Origin: an uncultured Chloroflexia bacterium
GTDB taxonomy: Bacteria; Chloroflexota; Ktedonobacteria; Ktedonobacterales; JADMIN01
Assembly: GCA_963718915.1 (NCBI GenBank)
Contig: CAVRAI010000003.1
Coordinates: forward strand, 600,001 to 632,000
Direction: 5' to 3'
Length of the DNA stretch: 32,000 nt
This document shows, piece by piece, positions 14,657 through 22,974 of this stretch (position 1 is the first letter of the stretch; the number at the start of each line of letters is the position of its first letter). The position numbers and the translations under genes are program-made. The notes beneath the pieces were generated by a model, which worked only from the letters and a program-made list of their open reading frames with translations, was not told the origin of the DNA and made no database searches.

Positions 14657-14800
14657 CAGCCGCTTCCTTGCCCGTTGGTCAGGGCGATATGGAGCTACAG
14701 CGTATAATGCTACTCAGGAGTTCATTGGCGACCTCCTGAGAGAAACCACTACGTCCCAGCGATGCCGATCATCGTGGGCTGGCGAGGAATCGAACACGAT

Positions 14801-16156
14801 ATGAGCTATGTGCCAAACACCTCCGCCGAGCAGCAAGAGATGCTGCGCGCGGTTGGAGCCTCCTCCATCGAGGATCTACTTACGCCCATCCCAGAGGCGG
14901 TGCGCCTCAAACGGCCACTGAATCTCCCCCCATCGCTGGCCGAGCCTGATCTGCGGCGGCTGATGCAGGGCATGGCCGAACAGAACGCCGACCTTGACCA
15001 CTACATCTCCTTCTTGGGGGCAGGCACATACGATCACTTCGTGCCGAGTCTGGTCGCCGCGCTGGGAAAACGAAGCGAATTTCTCACCTCGTACACGCCC
15101 TATCAGCCAGAGGTCAGCCAGGGGATGCTCCAGGCGATCTACGAGTACCAGACGATGGTCTGCCAGCTTACCAATATGGACGTCGCCAACGCCTCGCTCT
15201 ACGACGGCTCGACGGCGGTGGTGGAGGGCGCGCTGATGGCCGTTGGCCCGTCGGGGCGCGGCGAGGTGATCGTCTCGCGGGCGCTCGATCCGCAGTATCG
15301 CGCCACGTTGCAGACCTACGCCAACGCGCGCGGCTTTACCATGCGCGAGATTGGCCTGGACAATGGTATTACCTCGGTGGCTGAGCTTGAGGCGGCGATG
15401 ACCCCCAACACCAGAGCGGTCATCGTCCAGCAGCCGAACTTCCTCGGCGCGCTCGAAGATGTGCGCGGCATCGAGAAGGTGACGCACACGGGCAAGGCGG
15501 CATTCATCGTCGCCATCACCGAGCCTGCCTCGCTCGGCGTGCTGGCCGCGCCGGGAGACTACGGCGCCGATATCGTCGCGGCGGAGGGGCTGAGCCTGGG
15601 CAATCCGATGGGGTATGGCGGCCCCGCGCTGGGACTCTTCGCCGCGCGCAAAGACTACCTGCGCAAGCTGCCGGGGCGGCTGGCGGGCAAGACACTCGAT
15701 TCGCGCGGCCAAGAGGCGTATGTGCTGACACTGCAAACCCGCGAGCAGCAGATACGCCGCGAACGCGCCACCTCGAATATCTGCACCAATCAATCGCTGC
15801 TGGCGGTCGCCGCGACCATCTACCTCGCCGCGCTGGGCAAGCAGGGTTTCCGCGAACTGGGCGAGCAGTGCCTGCAACGCGCCCACTACGCGCAGGAGCG
15901 CATCTGCGCGCTACCAGGCTTCGAGCCGCTCTTCACTCGCCCGTTCTTCGACGAGTTCGCGGTGCGCTGCCCGATACCTGTGGAGCAACTCAACGCCGGG
16001 CTGCGCGATGAGGGCATCAGCGGCGGTTACGATCTGAGTCGCGACTACCCCGAACTGGGCAATGCGGCGCTCTTCTGTGTGACGGAGACCCGCACGCGCG
16101 AGGATATTGAGGCGCTGGTGGCGGCGATGGAAGAAGTGGCAGGCGAGAACCGATGA
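14801..16156 (+). CDS. gcvPA: glycine dehydrogenase (aminomethyl-transferring), subunit 1
   Basis: [19 protein letters not shown]...[22 protein letters not shown].... Start moved to ATG 14801 inside ORF 14762..16156. Confidence 0.95.
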   Translation: MSYVPNTSAEQQEMLRAVGASSIEDLLTPIPEAVRLKRPLNLPPSLAEPDLRRLMQGMAEQNADLDHYISFLGAGTYDHFVPSLVAALGKRSEFLTSYTPYQPEVSQGMLQAIYEYQTMVCQLTNMDVANASLYDGSTAVVEGALMAVGPSGRGEVIVSRALDPQYRATLQTYANARGFTMREIGLDNGITSVAELEAAMTPNTRAVIVQQPNFLGALEDVRGIEKVTHTGKAAFIVAITEPASLGVLAAPGDYGADIVAAEGLSLGNPMGYGGPALGLFAARKDYLRKLPGRLAGKTLDSRGQEAYVLTLQTREQQIRRERATSNICTNQSLLAVAATIYLAALGKQGFRELGEQCLQRAHYAQERICALPGFEPLFTRPFFDEFAVRCPIPVEQLNAGLRDEGISGGYDLSRDYPELGNAALFCVTETRTREDIEALVAAMEEVAGENR

Positions 16157-17640
16157 GCACTGAGAAACTGATTTTCGAGATGGGCGCGCCCGGACGCCGC
16201 GCCGCCCTGCTGCCCGCGATGGATGTGCCGACGAAGCCGCTGGAGCAGCTTGTGCCGCGGGATATGCTGCGCGCGGAGCCAGCGCCACTGCCAGAGGTGA
16301 GTGAGATCGAGGTGGTGCGCCACTTCACCCATCTCTCGCAGCGCAACTTTGGCGTGGATACCGGCTTCTACCCGCTGGGGTCGTGCACGATGAAGTACAA
16401 CCCCAAGGTCAACGAGGAGATGGCGGGCATGCCCGGCTTCGCGCGGATCCATCCGCTGGAGCATGAGAGCATGACCCAGGGCGCGATCCAGTTGCTCTAC
16501 GAACTGGAGGGCTACCTGGCCGAGATCGCCGGGATGGAGCGGGTCACGTTGCAGCCAGCGGCGGGCGCGCACGGCGAGATCACCGGCCTGATGATTATCA
16601 AAGCGTATCACGTCCATCGCGGCGAGGCGCACCGCGATATCGTGCTCATCCCCGACGGCGCGCATGGCACCAATCCGGCGAGCGCGACGCTGGCCGACTA
16701 TCGCACCGTCGAACTGAAGTCGGACGCGCGCGGCGGCGTGGATGTGGAGCATCTCAAGCAGGTGCTCGCCCTGCACGAGGGCAAGATCGCCGCGCTAATG
16801 ATGACCAACCCCAACACGCTCGGCGTCTTCGACGAGAACATCGTCGAGATCGCGAAACTGGTGCATGACGTGGGCGGCCAGCTCTACTACGACGGCGCCA
16901 ACGCCAACGCGATTCTGGGCATCACGCGGCCCGGCGATATGGGCTTCGACGTCGTTCACCTGAACCTGCACAAGACCGCCAGCACGCCGCATGGTGGTGG
17001 TGGGCCGGGCGCTGGCCCCATCGGTGTCGCGAAGCATCTCGTGCCGTTCCTGCCGGGACCGCTCCCCGCGAAGGGACGCCAGGGCTACTTCTGGGAGGAC
17101 GCTGGCACGCTCTCGATTGGTCGGGTGCGCGCCCACGCGGGCAACTTCCTGGTGCTGGTGCGCGCCTACACCTACATCCGCAGCAACGGGCCGGACGGGC
17201 TGCGCCACGTTAGCAATAGCGCGGTGCTGAACGCCAACTACGTCATGCGGGCGTTGCAGGAATACTACGACCTGCCATTCGACCGCACCTGCATGCACGA
17301 GTTCGTCTTCTCGGCCAACCGCCAGAAGGCGCTGGGCGTGCGCGCGCTGGACATCTCGAAGCGGCTGCTGGACTTCGGCATTCACCCGCCGACGAACTAT
17401 TTCCCGCTGATCGTTCCTGAGGCGCTGATGATCGAGCCGACCGAGACGGAGACGAAGGAGACGCTCGACGAGTTCATCGCCATCATGCGCCAGATCGCCG
17501 AGGAGGCCGAGCGCCAGCCGGGCCTGGTGCTGGAGGCGCCCCACGTCACCGTCGTCGGGCGGCTGGATGAGGCGCTGGCGGCACGCAAGCCCAATCTGCG
17601 CTGGCAATCCGAAGCGGAACCCGAGGCGGCGAAGGCATAG
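16153..17640 (+). CDS. gcvPB: glycine dehydrogenase (aminomethyl-transferring), subunit 2
   Basis: ...[13 protein letters not shown]...[21 protein letters not shown]..., the PLP-lysine region. ATGA overlap with gcvPA. Confidence 0.95.
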   Translation: MSTEKLIFEMGAPGRRAALLPAMDVPTKPLEQLVPRDMLRAEPAPLPEVSEIEVVRHFTHLSQRNFGVDTGFYPLGSCTMKYNPKVNEEMAGMPGFARIHPLEHESMTQGAIQLLYELEGYLAEIAGMERVTLQPAAGAHGEITGLMIIKAYHVHRGEAHRDIVLIPDGAHGTNPASATLADYRTVELKSDARGGVDVEHLKQVLALHEGKIAALMMTNPNTLGVFDENIVEIAKLVHDVGGQLYYDGANANAILGITRPGDMGFDVVHLNLHKTASTPHGGGGPGAGPIGVAKHLVPFLPGPLPAKGRQGYFWEDAGTLSIGRVRAHAGNFLVLVRAYTYIRSNGPDGLRHVSNSAVLNANYVMRALQEYYDLPFDRTCMHEFVFSANRQKALGVRALDISKRLLDFGIHPPTNYFPLIVPEALMIEPTETETKETLDEFIAIMRQIAEEAERQPGLVLEAPHVTVVGRLDEALAARKPNLRWQSEAEPEAAKA

Positions 17641-17661
17641 CGCGCTGACCTCTTCCTCATA

Positions 17662-17695
17662 CCCCTCCCCGCACTGGGGAGGGGGCTTTCTGTAA
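17662..17695 (+). terminator. intrinsic terminator of the gcv operon
   Basis: CCCCTCCCC (17662-70), loop GCACT, GGGGAGGGG (17676-84), then GCTTTCTGT. Confidence 0.6.
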
Positions 17696-17721
17696 TACTC
17701 TCTTGGTAAGGCGTTTCAGCG

Positions 17722-18216
17722 ATGAGTAAGCGGATGAGCAAACAGGAACTCTACTATAAGGAATATCCTCTGCTTCTCAGCCAGTTAAAACACCTGGTCA
17801 TCCTGGCGCGTGTTCGCGACCCCAACGTAGCGTTCATCACGCTGTTTGGCTCAGCGGCCCGGCTTGAGCCGCATAAAAATAGCGACGCCGATGTCTTGAT
17901 ACTCGTTCACGACCAGACGCAGTTCTATGCCGCGCAGCCAACACCCGGAGTTGCCCTGCTCTGGATGGCCTATCAGGAGGAAGCGGTCAGGAGCGGAGAT
18001 GACGAACGGCTGAGCAACTGGCCTATAACGGCGGTTGTCTCTGATGCCGCCGCTTCCGATCTCGACCACGACTTCCTGAATAACGTCGCCCGTGATGGTG
18101 TGGAATTGTATCGCCAGTCTGGTTATATCCCACCGGAAGCACTCGCCCACCTGATGTCCTGGGAACGGTGGCGACGCCGCATCAACAAACGGTTGGCAAT
18201 TAGCATCGTGAATTAG
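17722..18216 (+). CDS. nucleotidyltransferase (MNT-type) domain protein, solo paralog of 8066..8569
   Basis: LFGSAARLEPHKNSDADVLILV (G-S...D-x-D) and a C-terminal ...DFLNNVARDGVELY, matching ...STFIANVARDGIVLW of the other copy. Confidence 0.7.
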   Translation: MSKRMSKQELYYKEYPLLLSQLKHLVILARVRDPNVAFITLFGSAARLEPHKNSDADVLILVHDQTQFYAAQPTPGVALLWMAYQEEAVRSGDDERLSNWPITAVVSDAAASDLDHDFLNNVARDGVELYRQSGYIPPEALAHLMSWERWRRRINKRLAISIVN

Positions 18217-18291
18217 CCGCCCTCTCCCATAAGGATTTGCCCCGACTCCATCACTGATGTCAGGGCAAATCTGTCGCGCGGTATCTCCCAC

Positions 18292-19422
18292 TCACGGAGC
18301 GATGGCGACATTCGAGTTCACCACGCCAGGGAATGGACGGCTCCAGATCAATGCGCCCGTCTGGGCGTTGAGCGCGTAGAGGTGATTGTCGTCGCTGCCC
18401 GCGTAGAAGACGCCGTGGGCGAGCGTTGGCTGTGTGCCGAGCGTCCCGCCGGTCTTGTAGCGCCAGACCAGCGTGCCATCGCTGGCATGGAGCGCGTAGA
18501 AGTAGCCGTCGTCGCTGCCGAAGTAGACCAGGCCGTTGCCGATGGTCGGGGCGGTATGCACCTCGCCCTGCGTCTGATAGCTCCAGCGCTGCTTACCCGA
18601 TTGCGCGTCGAGCGCATAGAGGCGCGTATCGAGCGAGCCGATATAGAGGGTATCGCCGTCAATTGTCGGACTGCGCCAGAGGAACGGCCCCTGCGCCTCG
18701 AAACGCCAGGCGAGTTTGCCCGTGGCCGCGCTGACCGCGACCAGCAGGTTCTGTTCGGCGCCCGCGTAGACCAGCCCGCCGCCCGTGGTGAGCGACATGC
18801 GTATCCTGCCGCCCGCCATATCGTAGCGCCAGGCGAGCGAGCCGTCCGCGATGTTGAGCGCGTAGAGATGCTGATCCCACGAGCCGATATACACCTTCGT
18901 CTCGTCGAGCGCTGGAGACGCCTCCACCGCGTCACCCGCCTGATAGCGCCAGACCAGCGAGCCATCCGTGGCTTTGAGCGCATAGAGGTAGTGATCGTTG
19001 GAGCCAGCGTAGACGACGCCCTTCGCGACCGCTGGTGAGGCAACAACCTCGTCGCCCGTTTGGTAGCGCCAGACCAGTTTCCCCGTCTGCGCCGAGATCG
19101 CGTAGATGTAGTGATCGGACGACCCCACGTAGACGACGCCATCCGCGACAGCCGCCGACGAATCGCCGGTGCTGTTGGTCTGGAACCGCCAGCGCTGCTC
19201 GCCGGTCGCCGCGTTCAGCGCATAGACATAGCCATCGCCGACACTGACGTAGAGCGTCAGACCGTGAAGCTGTGGATTGACGCTGGCAGTGGGCGACACT
19301 TGAGTGTTGGCCGATGTGCCGCCGCATCCGGCGAGCACGCTAAGCGCACAGAACAGGGCAACGCTCACGCTCCAGGCCAATACACCGCCCGGCTGGTTTT
19401 TGAGCGCATACTGTCTCATCAT
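18292..19422 (-). CDS. PQQ-like beta-propeller repeat lipoprotein (BamB-like fold)
   Basis: Start set at ATG 19422, with GGAGG 5 nt upstream. Signal peptide plus lipobox LAGC. Eight recurrences of ...YALNA.TG...WR(Y/F)... repeats. Confidence 0.85.
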   Translation of the reverse strand: MMRQYALKNQPGGVLAWSVSVALFCALSVLAGCGGTSANTQVSPTASVNPQLHGLTLYVSVGDGYVYALNAATGEQRWRFQTNSTGDSSAAVADGVVYVGSSDHYIYAISAQTGKLVWRYQTGDEVVASPAVAKGVVYAGSNDHYLYALKATDGSLVWRYQAGDAVEASPALDETKVYIGSWDQHLYALNIADGSLAWRYDMAGGRIRMSLTTGGGLVYAGAEQNLLVAVSAATGKLAWRFEAQGPFLWRSPTIDGDTLYIGSLDTRLYALDAQSGKQRWSYQTQGEVHTAPTIGNGLVYFGSDDGYFYALHASDGTLVWRYKTGGTLGTQPTLAHGVFYAGSDDNHLYALNAQTGALIWSRPFPGVVNSNVAIAP

Positions 19423-19454
19423 GATCCTCCCCCTTGTGTGAGATCGGTCCGGCG

Positions 19455-20525
19455 CTATGAGTTGCCAAGGAAACGGTCGAGTGCGCGGGACGTTTCGGTG
19501 ATCCGCGCGCGGTTGATGCTGTAGCACTTGGCGCCCTCGCGTCGGCGCTCCACCACATAGCCCGCCGCGCTGAGCTGTCTGAGATGGCGCGAGGTCGCCG
19601 ACTGGGTCAGGTGAAGTTGCGCCATGATGTCAGGCGAGCATAGCTCATCATGGTGGCTGAGCAGCGCCAGCATCGAGAGGCGGGTATCGTCAGTCAGCGC
19701 GCTCAGGCGCACAAGCAGGTCCGAGCGATGCAGGATAGACGCATTGTCAGCCTCGCTTTCAGGCAGACGCGCGCCGAAAATCAGCCACATCAGATCGCCG
19801 TGGACAAACGTATCGAGATATGGCCCTTTATGCGCCGAGGGCACGAAGATAATCTCGCTGGCGCTGCCCAGAATTTTCTGGCGCTCACCCATCAGCCGCT
19901 GGCCAGTAACGGCGTAGACCGCCTCCATGGCGGATAGTCCCCGCAGTGGGATGCGTTGCAACGCCGCGACCGATTCGCGCAGTAGCGGCTCGTTCCGCTG
20001 CCACTCTGGCGCGAGATAGCGCTCCCACATGTGCCGCAAATGCGCGATGATGACATGGCGCATCTCGTCGGGATGGTTCAGCAGGCGATGCACCTCCGTC
20101 TCGATCTCGTCATCGATGGTCGTATCGGGAAAGTGCTCGCGCAGGTAGGCCAGATAGTTGTCCACGCTGGCGAGCAACGGTCCCCACTCGCCCGACTGCT
20201 CGTCGCCACGCTGAGTAATCGCGCTGAGCAGGCGATCACGCAGCGCCGCAGGGTTGCGCGCCGCCAGATCGGCGATATAGGCGGGAAAGTCGGGCCAGCG
20301 TCCATCGGGGAGCAGCGCGAAATACAGCCCGTGGAAGACCAGCCGATTCATGCGCGCAATCTCCGGCGGCAGCGCCTCCGCCGTCCGCTCGACCCATTCG
20401 CCCAGTCCGGAGACTTCAGGGATCGAGTTGAGCAGCATCAGGCTATCGAGGCCACTGATGGCAGGTTCGAGCGCGACATGAAAGTGGACAGGCGGGGGTG
20501 GCGTCCTGCTGGTAGGCGCTGGCAT
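19455..20525 (-). CDS. ArsR/SmtB-family winged-helix regulator with a long N-terminal domain
   Basis: C-terminus ...LTDDTRLSMLALLSHHDELCSPDIMAQLHLTQSATSRHLRQLSAAGYVVERRREGAKCYSINR... is an ArsR HTH. Confidence 0.8.
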   Translation of the reverse strand: MPAPTSRTPPPPVHFHVALEPAISGLDSLMLLNSIPEVSGLGEWVERTAEALPPEIARMNRLVFHGLYFALLPDGRWPDFPAYIADLAARNPAALRDRLLSAITQRGDEQSGEWGPLLASVDNYLAYLREHFPDTTIDDEIETEVHRLLNHPDEMRHVIIAHLRHMWERYLAPEWQRNEPLLRESVAALQRIPLRGLSAMEAVYAVTGQRLMGERQKILGSASEIIFVPSAHKGPYLDTFVHGDLMWLIFGARLPESEADNASILHRSDLLVRLSALTDDTRLSMLALLSHHDELCSPDIMAQLHLTQSATSRHLRQLSAAGYVVERRREGAKCYSINRARITETSRALDRFLGNS

Positions 20526-20553
20526 AGATGACCTCCTCTGGTGGAGAGACGCA

Positions 20554-20580
20554 CCGCAATTGCGTGTTATGCGCTTAAGC
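20554..20580. promoter_or_regulatory. two 10-bp perfect palindromes (candidate operator pair) in the divergent arsR-like/DUF4190 intergenic region
   Basis: CGCAATTGCG (20554-63) and CGCTTAAGCG (20571-80), both of the form CGC-W4-GCG, 29-55 nt upstream of the ArsR-type gene start. Confidence 0.35.
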
Positions 20581-20762
20581 GACTAATGCGATTTATACAG
20601 TGTGTTTTGGTGGCTGTCAAGCCCACGCGCTCTTTTCGCTGATTCTGCGGCCAACTCTACGAGCCATCGTGCGAATGCTCCGTGGCGGATGGGGCTTACT
20701 TCGGGCATACTACCGATAACCAATGATGCCGATCTGTTGCGAGCCTCGAAAGGAAAGCCACC

Positions 20763-21233
20763 ATGACGCACCCAACATTCGCCACATCGTCAAGTTCATC
20801 CATGTCGTCACGTTCTGACCCCTCCACAGACATGCCCACCGTCTGGACGCAAATGCCCGGCAACGGCGCTAGCGCTCCCAGCAACCCTGGGCGTAATGTC
20901 CTGGCGCTGGTCTCGCTGCTTGCCAGCCTGGTCTTCCCCCTAGCCGCCACCATCAATCTGTTGGGGGCGGTAGCGGTGGCTAACCATCTGATCCCGCAGA
21001 GAGCGATGATGGTCGTCGTCACGATTGGGGGTGGATTGGGTACGCTGGGTATCCCGGCGATGCTCACGGCAATCGCGACGGGACATGTTGCGCTGGTGAT
21101 CGCCAAACGCTTCTCTCGCCGAGCCGCGCGCCGCTGGATGGCGATTGTCGGGCTGGTCATTGGCTACCTGTGCCTGCTGGCTTTCTGCGGGGTGATCGCG
21201 GTTTTCGTCATTGCCTCAATGAACGGCTTCTGA
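20763..21233 (+). CDS. DUF4190-like small membrane protein
   Basis: Ser/Pro-rich N-terminus, then TM segments ...NVLALVSLLASLVF... and ...GHVALVIAKRFSRRAARRWMAIVGLVIGYLCL..., the pattern typical of DUF4190. Confidence 0.6.
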   Translation: MTHPTFATSSSSSMSSRSDPSTDMPTVWTQMPGNGASAPSNPGRNVLALVSLLASLVFPLAATINLLGAVAVANHLIPQRAMMVVVTIGGGLGTLGIPAMLTAIATGHVALVIAKRFSRRAARRWMAIVGLVIGYLCLLAFCGVIAVFVIASMNGF

Positions 21234-21327
21234 TAGCGACGCTCACGCCAGCCACATGTGATATACTCTCTGGTCGGTTTGTTGAAGCTGTTCGCCAGCG
21301 GGCAGGGAGAGGCACGGGAGAGATATC

Positions 21328-22059
21328 GTGGCACGACTGAATCAGATTATCGCGGTCGAGAAGGGCATCAAGAGCCGCTCGTTCCAGGAACTGACCGAGG
21401 CGCATCAGGCGCTGCAGAAGCCCGCGCAGTTGGCGGGCATCGCGCGCACCTACCGACCCAAGGATGAGGAAGGCGAGACCTTCCCGCCAGAATCGACGCG
21501 AGTGCAGATCAAGGCGGAAGACATCATCCGCCAGACCACCGAGGTGCTGACGAAGCTCTTCGACGCGACGGCTGCCAAAGACTGGACGAACTGCACGGCG
21601 AAGGCCGACGTGGTGGTGGATGGGCAGACCCTGCTGACGCAGGCTCCAGCGACCTATCTGCTCTTCCTGGAGAAGCAACTAGTGGACCTGCATACCTTCG
21701 TGAAGAAGCTTCCGGTGCTGGACGCCTCCGAGACCTGGACCTTCGATGCCTCCGCCGATGCCTGGGCGACCGAGCCGGTGCAGACGGTCAAGACCAAGAA
21801 GCTGCCGCGCAACCACGTCAAGGCTGAGGCGACCGAGAAGCATCCCGCGCAGGTCGAGGTGTACTACGAAGACGTTGTCATCGGCTACTGGCGTACGGTC
21901 AAGTTCTCCGGGGCGCTGCCAGCTCAGCGTGTCAACGAGCTGCTCGACCGGGTGGAGAAGCTACAGCAGGCGGTCAAATACGCCCGCGAGGAAGCGAATA
22001 ACATCGAGGCCGAGGAGCCGAAGGTCGGCGAGCGCATCTTCAACTACCTCTTCGGTTAA
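21328..22059 (+). CDS. hypothetical protein, 243 aa, soluble, helical termini
   Basis: GTG start 21328, strong G/C third-position bias throughout. MARLNQIIAVEKGIKSRS...KFSGALPAQRVNELLDRVEKLQQAVKYAREEA.... No domain I can name. Confidence 0.7.
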   Translation: MARLNQIIAVEKGIKSRSFQELTEAHQALQKPAQLAGIARTYRPKDEEGETFPPESTRVQIKAEDIIRQTTEVLTKLFDATAAKDWTNCTAKADVVVDGQTLLTQAPATYLLFLEKQLVDLHTFVKKLPVLDASETWTFDASADAWATEPVQTVKTKKLPRNHVKAEATEKHPAQVEVYYEDVVIGYWRTVKFSGALPAQRVNELLDRVEKLQQAVKYAREEANNIEAEEPKVGERIFNYLFG

Positions 22060-22140
22060 CGGCTTGCCGCTGCCGAATAGGATGAGATAGACTGCGCAGT
22101 GGAGTGCCAGACTCAATAGCAAATTCAATCTGACGAGAAC

Positions 22141-22216
22141 GGCGTCCCAGTGCAGGTTCGAATCCTGCCCCCACCACCATTCACGGTGGGGTAGCCCAAC
22201 TGGCAGAGGCAGCGTC
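22141..22216 (+). ncRNA. circularly permuted tRNA-like module, 76 nt
   Basis: Order on the + strand: GGCGU | CCCAGU | T-arm GCAGG-TTCGAAT-CCTGC (22152-68) | CCCCACC (22169-75) | A | CCA (22177-79) | TTCAC | GGTGGGG (22185-91) | TA | D-arm GCC-CAACTGGCAGA-GGC (22194-210) | A | GCGTC (22212-16). The last segment pairs with 22141-45. Confidence 0.7.
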
Positions 22217-22397
22217 GCGACTCACCCAACGCTCAAGCTATCACTCCAAACTTGAGTATTCGTCGTCGAACACCAAATCGCTCGCCAGGAGCCGTGAATC
22301 GTTGGATGCGGGCGCATCTCCCGCTCGGTCCTCCAAGCCATGGACCGATAGTTTAATAGTAGAACACGACGATGTAAAGTCTGAGCGCCCGGCATAA

Positions 22398-22442
22398 TAA
22401 ACGTGTTGGTGTGCGCAAATGGGCGACACAACGAGGTCCAGG
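22398..22442 (+). repeat. 45-bp perfect direct repeat, left copy (att-like)
   Basis: TAAACGTGTTGGTGTGCGCAAATGGGCGACACAACGAGGTCCAGG, identical to 23946-23990. Confidence 0.9.
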
Positions 22443-22473
22443 AAAGGGTATTTCCTGGACCTCACCTTTTATT
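22433..22473 (+). terminator. intrinsic terminator (RNA locus, copy 1)
   Basis: GAGGTCCAGGAAA (22433-45), loop GGGTA, TTTCCTGGACCTC (22451-63), then ACCTTTTATT. Confidence 0.8.
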
Positions 22474-22548
22474 GAAGCCTCCGAATCACCTTTAGGCATG
22501 TGCTACGCATTACTGATACCCTCGTCTTCACTACCATAGGCTGTAGAC

Positions 22549-22577
22549 TTTACACTGATGGCGCTTTTGTGTACAAT
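22549..22577 (+). promoter_or_regulatory. sigma-70-like promoter TTTACA-17 nt-TACAAT for the XRE gene
   Basis: -35 TTTACA 22549-54 and -10 TACAAT 22572-77, preceded by TGTG. Lies about 45 nt upstream of ATG 22621. Confidence 0.5.
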
Positions 22578-22620
22578 GGCAGTAGTGGATGATTGCTTTT
22601 GACTGGAACGGAATTCAACT

Positions 22621-22866
22621 ATGCCAACAGATCGCGGTGTGCCAGTGCCATACCTTCGAGAGTGGCGGCTACGGGTATTGCTCAAGCAGGAGGAGCTGGC
22701 CGAAACGGCTGGCGTATCACGGCCGACCATTCTGCGCGGAGAGCGTGGCGAAACATTGAGTATCGACAACATCCGCAAGATTGCTGTCGCGTTAAATATC
22801 ACTGTCGACCAGCTACGATTCGAGCTGCCAGAAGTGGCAGGCCGCCCCAAGAATGACCCACTATAG
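22621..22866 (+). CDS. XRE-family helix-turn-helix regulator
   Basis: ...LREWRLRVLLKQEELAETAGVSRPTILRGERGETLSIDNIRKIAVALNITVDQL... is an HTH_XRE pattern. Confidence 0.85.
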   Translation: MPTDRGVPVPYLREWRLRVLLKQEELAETAGVSRPTILRGERGETLSIDNIRKIAVALNITVDQLRFELPEVAGRPKNDPL

Positions 22867-22974
22867 CCGCTTGAACCAGGTGAGGAAGAACATCGCTTGC
22901 GTCGTACATCGTAGTCGGATCAATACAGGCAGCCACGACTATTGTGCTTGAGACGGTATCTGGAGGGCTAACTC

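Larger units (their letters stand above)
22100..22473 (+). ncRNA. candidate structured RNA gene of unknown class (boundaries approximate)
   Basis: Promoter-like TTGCCG-18 nt-TAGACT (22064-22093). No credible ORF. Contains the permuted tRNA-like module, several hairpins and long-range complementarities. Ends in a 13-bp-stem terminator followed by ACCTTTTATT. Confidence 0.5.

Noticed and set aside
22185-22260. Ordinary tRNA gene starting at GGTGGGGTAGCCC...
   Set aside because: After the D-arm and GCGTC there is no 7-nt anticodon loop with U33, and no T-arm or CCA downstream. The matching T-arm and acceptor 3' strand lie upstream instead.
22222-22465. Minus-strand ORFs 22241..22465 and 23675..24013 sharing the N-terminus MRSR.YP.LDLVVSPICAHQHVY
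   Set aside because: The shared peptide is simply the reverse translation of the 45-bp direct repeat plus terminator. There is no codon bias, and they overlap the RNA locus and the Bro-N gene.
22100-22473. Two-piece (circularly permuted) tmRNA gene
   Set aside because: The topology fits: CCA-ending acceptor piece upstream, 5' acceptor strand downstream, terminator, and use as an insertion target. But the acceptor 3:70 pair is U-A, not the G.U required for alanine charging. The module has real D and anticodon-like stems that tmRNA lacks. No reading frame ends in an Ala-rich/hydrophobic tag; the frame ending at the triple stop gives ...GPPSHGPIV. Kept as an alternative to test, not as the call.
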